From the NCBI GenBank assembly GCA_965204595.1, contig CBDBEW010000014.1:656107-720106 (forward strand): DNA of 64,000 nucleotides, given 5' to 3'. A model generated the notes under the pieces. The model was given only the letters and a program-made list of their open reading frames with translations, was not told the DNA's origin and ran no database searches. Source of the stretch: Candidatus Aldehydirespiratoraceae bacterium (GTDB taxonomy: Bacteria > Actinomycetota > Acidimicrobiia > Acidimicrobiales > Aldehydirespiratoraceae). A program made the position numbers and the translations under genes. Positions 59,371 through 64,000 of the stretch are shown piece by piece (within the stretch, counting starts at the first letter, position 1; the number at the start of each line of letters is the position of its first letter).

Positions 59371-59958
59371 TTAGTGGCTCATATCACCGGTGGTACTAAG
59401 CGCGTTTTGGCCATCAAGGAGATATTGAGCACCTGACCAATAGGTCCACGCCACAGCCACCCACAATGCGATTGCGATTAAGGTGTCTTGTGATTGTAAG
59501 GTCGGCATCAACGCTAACGCCAACGCTACACCTTGCACAAAAGTCTTGTATTTTGCTGACCGCCGAGCAGGTAAAGCTAAACCATGTCGTATCCAACGGG
59601 TCCGCCAGAATGTTATGCCCATCTCACGAACCGCTAACAAAGCAACGGGTAACCACCAGTACCGTTGCACCCACACTAAGCAAAGTGCCACCCCAATAAT
59701 CACAACCTTGTCTGCCAAAGGGTCTAAAAAAGCTCCACTGCGACTCACCACATTCGCCCGCCTCGCAACCTTGCCATCAAAAAAATCGGTACTCGCTAGA
59801 GCCAAACCAAAACCAAACGAAACCCAAGTGGCACCACGGGTGTCTTGAGCAGTCCACACCATCCAAAACAAAACTGGAGCCAAGAGCAGGCGCACCGCAG
59901 TCAACAAATTAGCTGGATGAGTGATACCAACTTTGCGCGGTGCCTCCACACTACTCAT
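59371..59958 (-). CDS. pgsA: CDP-diacylglycerol--glycerol-3-phosphate 3-phosphatidyltransferase.
   Basis: CDP-alcohol phosphatidyltransferase motif DFFDGKVARR....SRSGAFLDPLADK. Confidence 0.85.
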   Translation of the reverse strand: MSSVEAPRKVGITHPANLLTAVRLLLAPVLFWMVWTAQDTRGATWVSFGFGLALASTDFFDGKVARRANVVSRSGAFLDPLADKVVIIGVALCLVWVQRYWWLPVALLAVREMGITFWRTRWIRHGLALPARRSAKYKTFVQGVALALALMPTLQSQDTLIAIALWVAVAWTYWSGAQYLLDGQNALSTTGDMSH

Positions 59959-61289
59959 CGAGCCTCCAAATCCGCGCCGAGAGAAGCACTGACGGTCACT
60001 GTTGGCATCGTTCCAACTTGATGGGTTGACGGCAGCAATATTACTCCATCTATTTCTGGGGCTTCTCGAAAACTACGCCCCACACCAACTTCGTCCACGA
60101 GAACCTTGACTCGGGTACCCACGAGTTCGTCACGTTTGGTAGCGGTAATAGAATCCTGTAGTTCTGTTAATTCTGCCAACCGTTGCCAAAGTAACTCTGG
60201 CGGGGTTTTGACGGCAAGGTTAGATGCATAGGTGCCTACCTCTTCGCTGTAGGCAAAAAAACCGCACCAATCTAGTTGCGCCTGCTCAATGAAGTCCAAT
60301 AACTCGTTATGGTCATCTTCGGTTTCACCAGGGTAACCAACAATAAAATTAGAACGAAACACTGCTACCGGTTCCTTAGCACGAATCGCATTAATGCGCG
60401 CTAGGAATTTGTCACCGTTCCCCCAGCGGCGCATGCTACGCAAGAGTTTCGCCGAGACGTGTTGTAGCGATAAATCAAAATAAGGTACACCTGTATCACA
60501 GATACCATCAACTAGCTCATCGGTCAAGTCTGCTGGGTAAATGTACAGCAAGCGCACCCTCGCCACTTTGCTCGCAACGCTAGCCAAAAGTTCGGTAATA
60601 GTTGCGGTGCTAGCATTGTTGTAGTGTTTGTCGCGGCCGTATGCCGCTATGTCTTGAGCAACCAACACGATTTCTTTGGTGGCAAGGCTCTCAACCTCAG
60701 CAATGATTTGTTCCACCGTGCGACTGCGTTGCGGGCCTCTGAAACTGGGGATAGCACAAAAGCCGCAGGCGCGATCGCAACCTTCAGCTATCTTCACATA
60801 TGCCCAAGGTCGCTTAGCTTGAGGGCGTGGCAAGTTGAGTAAATCAAATTGCGGCACACGCGCCGTGACTTGCCCATTGCTTGCACTTTTCTTGGGCCCT
60901 AGTTGTATACGGGTTTGCTCTTTGTTGGCCTGTCCATGCACATTTCTTGTAGGGGAGGTGAAATCACTACCGAACCCAGCGACCTGATCAATTTCGGGCA
61001 GGGCATCAGCTAATTCGTCACCATAACGTTGTGCTAAACAACCTGTCACCACCAAACGTGCGTCGCTTCGGCGCTGCTGTGCCACATCAAGGATTGTCTC
61101 CACTGATTCTTGGCGTGCTTGTTCAACAAAAGCGCAAGTGTTCACAACTATTACATCAGCAGATGCAATATCTTTACTTTCAGCCATGCCGATGGCATCG
61201 AGCGTGCCCGCTAACTTGTCTGAATCAACTTGATTTTTAGGACAACCAAGGGTGACAAACACATACGATTCAGTTGACATCATCCACAT
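59955..61289 (-). CDS. rimO: Radical-SAM methylthiotransferase, RimO-like (ribosomal protein S12).
   Basis: N-terminal VTLGCPKNQVDSD, radical-SAM IAEGCDRACGFCAIP, and a C-terminal TRAM-like region. It sits in the position between ftsK and pgsA that is typical of actinobacteria. Confidence 0.75.
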   Translation of the reverse strand: MWMMSTESYVFVTLGCPKNQVDSDKLAGTLDAIGMAESKDIASADVIVVNTCAFVEQARQESVETILDVAQQRRSDARLVVTGCLAQRYGDELADALPEIDQVAGFGSDFTSPTRNVHGQANKEQTRIQLGPKKSASNGQVTARVPQFDLLNLPRPQAKRPWAYVKIAEGCDRACGFCAIPSFRGPQRSRTVEQIIAEVESLATKEIVLVAQDIAAYGRDKHYNNASTATITELLASVASKVARVRLLYIYPADLTDELVDGICDTGVPYFDLSLQHVSAKLLRSMRRWGNGDKFLARINAIRAKEPVAVFRSNFIVGYPGETEDDHNELLDFIEQAQLDWCGFFAYSEEVGTYASNLAVKTPPELLWQRLAELTELQDSITATKRDELVGTRVKVLVDEVGVGRSFREAPEIDGVILLPSTHQVGTMPTVTVSASLGADLEAR

Positions 61290-61298
61290 CCCAGACCG

Positions 61299-62243
61299 TT
61301 ACAAAGACCTTAACACAAACACACAGGTTACCCAAGCAAGCACCAAGACAAACCCTTCGATGCGCGCCACTCTACGTTTGGTTAACATTATTGTTGCGCT
61401 GAGCACAACCACAGTCACCATCATTGCCGAACCCCAGACAGTTAAGTCTCTATGGTCAGGTTGCCCAGGTCCGGCAAGACCAATAACCCCACCAACCGCG
61501 AGGCTGTTAAACATGTTGGAACCAAGAAGATTGCCTATCAATAGCTCGATTTCGTTGCGACGCGCGGCTGCGATTGCGGTAAACAACTCTGGAGCAGACG
61601 TGCCTATGGCCACCATCGTGAAACCAATAAACCCACCAGAAAGGTCAAGTTCTTCAGCGACTTGGGCCGCACCAAACACCACCAACCAAGCGGCTATAGC
61701 CACCACCACCAAACCCGCCACGGTTCGAAATGTTTCAATCAGTGCCGAGGTTTCACCAGTAAACTCATCGATCCTTTGACCAGTGTTACTGTTGTGAGAA
61801 CTCTGTGCCGAACGCAATGTTACGAAAATCATCGCTAGCAAAGTCGCTAATAATACTAGGGCCTCAAAACGATTGAACTCTCCTTGCACCAAAATCGCAA
61901 ACAACACCACTGCACAGACCGAAATGGGCAACTCACGAAGCAAGATGCTTCGCTGCACAGGCACTGCAGCCAGCACTGTGGCACACCCCAAAACCAATGA
62001 AACGTTAGCCACATTAGAACCAACCACATTGCCTATACCGATATCAAGGTTGTCGTTGGCTGCAGCTATACCCGACACCACCATTTCAGGGGCACTGGTG
62101 CCAAAGCCCACAATCACAGAACCAACGACCACAGGCGCAATGTGCATAAGCATCGCCAACCGCACCGCACCTTTAACAAACTGGTCAGACGCGAACCCCA
62201 ACATCACCAACCCGCCGAGAGCGAAAATCAGGCCTTCGATCAT
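61299..62243 (-). CDS. CaCA-family cation/calcium antiporter (YrbG-like).
   Basis: Two alpha-repeat motifs, GFGTSAPEMVVS and AIGTSAPELFTA, and about 10 TM helices. Confidence 0.8.
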   Translation of the reverse strand: MIEGLIFALGGLVMLGFASDQFVKGAVRLAMLMHIAPVVVGSVIVGFGTSAPEMVVSGIAAANDNLDIGIGNVVGSNVANVSLVLGCATVLAAVPVQRSILLRELPISVCAVVLFAILVQGEFNRFEALVLLATLLAMIFVTLRSAQSSHNSNTGQRIDEFTGETSALIETFRTVAGLVVVAIAAWLVVFGAAQVAEELDLSGGFIGFTMVAIGTSAPELFTAIAAARRNEIELLIGNLLGSNMFNSLAVGGVIGLAGPGQPDHRDLTVWGSAMMVTVVVLSATIMLTKRRVARIEGFVLVLAWVTCVFVLRSL

Positions 62244-62259
62244 TGCATCGTTAGCGAGA

Positions 62260-64000
62260 TTATTTTGCGGTTGTGGAACTAGAGGAAGTCCCTGTGGAAT
62301 CTTGTTCTGTCTTTCGTGCTTGGCTTTCCTGAGGACTTATCAACACTTCTCTAGCTTTTGATCCAGTAGATGGCCCTACCACACCTTGTTGTTCAAGCAA
62401 GTCCATGATGCGACCTGCGCGTGCAAAGCCGATGCGAAGTTTGCGTTGCAGCATTGATGTTGAGCCAAGTTGAGTTTGCACTACCAGTTCTTTGGCTGCA
62501 TTGAGGAGTTCGTCATCGTCTTCTTTGAGATTATTTGCAGCGAGATTACTTGAGTCGACTATAGGATCTAGGTTCGTGTTGGTGACTGCACTTGCTGTTG
62601 GTTCGCCTAAATCAACCGGCTCGCAACTGCCGCTCAAGCTTGTTTTTTCACCCGAACTCGTTTCTGGTAGCGCGGTGCTTTCCATAGCGGATTGGGACTT
62701 GACCCTTACTTTTTTGGTTTGTTGATGCCAATGTCTAACAATGGCACGAACCTCTGCTTCTTCCACCCAACAACCCTGAATGCGGTTCAGGGCTGAAGAG
62801 GTTGTGCCTAGCATCAACAAATCACCCCCTCCAACTAAACGTTCAGCACCTGGCTGATCCAAAATCACCCGAGAGTCGGTGAGGCTAGACACAGCAAACG
62901 CCCAGCGGCTAGGAATGTTAGCTTTGATTACTCCAGTAATCACATTAACTGAAGGACGCTGGGTAGCAATGACTAGGTGAATGCCCACAGCTCTAGCCAT
63001 CTGCGCGATGCGAGCTATTGATTCCTCCACATCACGGGCAGCCACCATCATCAAATCCGCAAGTTCGTCCACTACCACCAACACGAAAGGTAAACGGCTA
63101 TTGGTTAACTGCTCTTTAGTGCCCGACACGCCAAGTGGAGTTTGCAGTGTGTTGTCATCTACCGCTTGGTTATAACCAGTGATGTCTCGCACACCCACCT
63201 CAGCAAGTAGGTCATAACGTCTTTCCATCTCGCGCACAGCCCAAGCTAAAGCATTGGCTGCCTTGCGCGGGTCGGTGACTGGTGCGGTTAGCAGATGAGG
63301 TATGCGGGCATACTGCCCCATCTCCACTCGCTTAGGGTCTACCAAAATTAACCTCACCTGATCTGGCGTTGATCGCATGAGGATTGACGAAAGTAAAGAG
63401 TTAAGACAAGAAGATTTTCCTGAACCGGTGGCACCAGCGATGAGAACGTGGGGCATGGTGGCAATGTTGGCGATCACATTGCGTCCATTGATGTCGCGCC
63501 CAACGGCAACCTCAAGAGGATGACTTGCTTGTTGAGCTTCTGGCGATGCCAAAATATCGCCAATGGTCACGATTTCTCGCTGACTATTGGGCACCTCCAC
63601 GCCAATTGCGCGCCGTCCAGGTATTGGTGCCAAGATGCGCACATCAGGCGATGCCATCGCTAAAGCCATGTCTTTACGCAAACTCTCAAATTTGGTGACC
63701 TTCACGCCTTCGCCTAAAGTGAGCACATAACGAGTTACCGTTGGCCCCACAATAGGTTCAAGCATTTCTGTTTCAACACCGAACTGCGCTAACGTGGCTT
63801 GCAGACGTAAACCACGCTCAGTAATGTCGGCCATGTTAACCTCTTGGTGGCGACTGCGAGCAAGCAACACACCGTCTGGTAATGTCCAATGACCCACCTC
63901 TTGCGGTGAATGAACTTCTTTGGACTTGGTGGGGTTTTGAGTGTGAAGTGTGTTTTTGACTTGTGGATATTCTGGTGAGCTTTGTGGTGACTTTATTTGC
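62260..64000 (-). CDS. ftsK: DNA translocase FtsK/SpoIIIE; the 5' end lies outside the window.
   Basis: HVLIAGATGSGKSSCLNSLL (Walker A), VVVDELADLMM (Walker B), IATQRPSVNVITG, and a C-terminal gamma wHTH (STSMLQRKLRIGFARAGRIMDLLEQQGVVGP). The frame stays open upstream of GTG 63897 to the window edge. Confidence 0.9.
   Translation of the reverse strand, partial: QIKSPQSSPEYPQVKNTLHTQNPTKSKEVHSPQEVGHWTLPDGVLLARSRHQEVNMADITERGLRLQATLAQFGVETEMLEPIVGPTVTRYVLTLGEGVKVTKFESLRKDMALAMASPDVRILAPIPGRRAIGVEVPNSQREIVTIGDILASPEAQQASHPLEVAVGRDINGRNVIANIATMPHVLIAGATGSGKSSCLNSLLSSILMRSTPDQVRLILVDPKRVEMGQYARIPHLLTAPVTDPRKAANALAWAVREMERRYDLLAEVGVRDITGYNQAVDDNTLQTPLGVSGTKEQLTNSRLPFVLVVVDELADLMMVAARDVEESIARIAQMARAVGIHLVIATQRPSVNVITGVIKANIPSRWAFAVSSLTDSRVILDQPGAERLVGGGDLLMLGTTSSALNRIQGCWVEEAEVRAIVRHWHQQTKKVRVKSQSAMESTALPETSSGEKTSLSGSCEPVDLGEPTASAVTNTNLDPIVDSSNLAANNLKEDDDELLNAAKELVVQTQLGSTSMLQRKLRIGFARAGRIMDLLEQQGVVGPSTGSKAREVLISPQESQARKTEQDSTGTSSSSTTAK

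Overview
The window is a mid-GC chromosomal segment. Its core gene order is the conserved Actinomycetota arrangement: ftsK-rimO-pgsA-cinA/carD; ftsY-ffh-rpsP-KH-rimM-trmD-rplS; yraN-comM-dprA-xerC-M23-rpsB-tsf-pyrH-frr-cdsA-dxr-rseP. An F420-type LLM oxidoreductase fits the same lineage. The left half (1-34.2 kb) is accessory. It holds secreted SLH/protease and PLA2-lectin proteins, an aquaporin, a DUF2339-like membrane protein, a glycosyltransferase/methyltransferase cluster, a Rieske/SRPBCC/LLM cluster and fumA. Two visibly GC-rich foreign segments stand out. (1) A ~12.7-kb island (about 12534-25264) appears to split an IclR-family regulator gene and has GTTCACCC at both junctions. It carries a GFA-family gene, a decayed type III-like R-M operon, an AAA-ATPase stump, a NYN nuclease, a ~350-bp res/mod deletion relic, an intact 1490-aa GHKL(sacsin-like)-ATPase/SF2-helicase fusion, and an IS3-family transposase relic at the right edge. 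In the R-M operon the Res helicase-nuclease is broken by two frameshifts and has a 16-C tract at codons 7-12, while Mod looks intact. The GHKL-helicase giant, possibly working with the divergent NYN gene, is my best candidate for an uncharacterised defence-type system. (2) A ~1.9-kb single-gene insertion (cadherin-like/Calx-beta surface protein) lies between convergent fumA and tpx. It is flanked by an ~80-bp imperfect direct duplication with a perfect 20-bp core, and a 20-G tract sits just upstream of the gene. Separately, an ArsC-family gene downstream of glnB has an in-frame TGA exactly at the catalytic-Cys position, followed by a GGUC-looped hairpin, so it is a candidate selenoprotein that ORF calling truncated. 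I found no rRNA, tRNA or CRISPR array. All calls come from reading translated motifs by eye; no searches were run.
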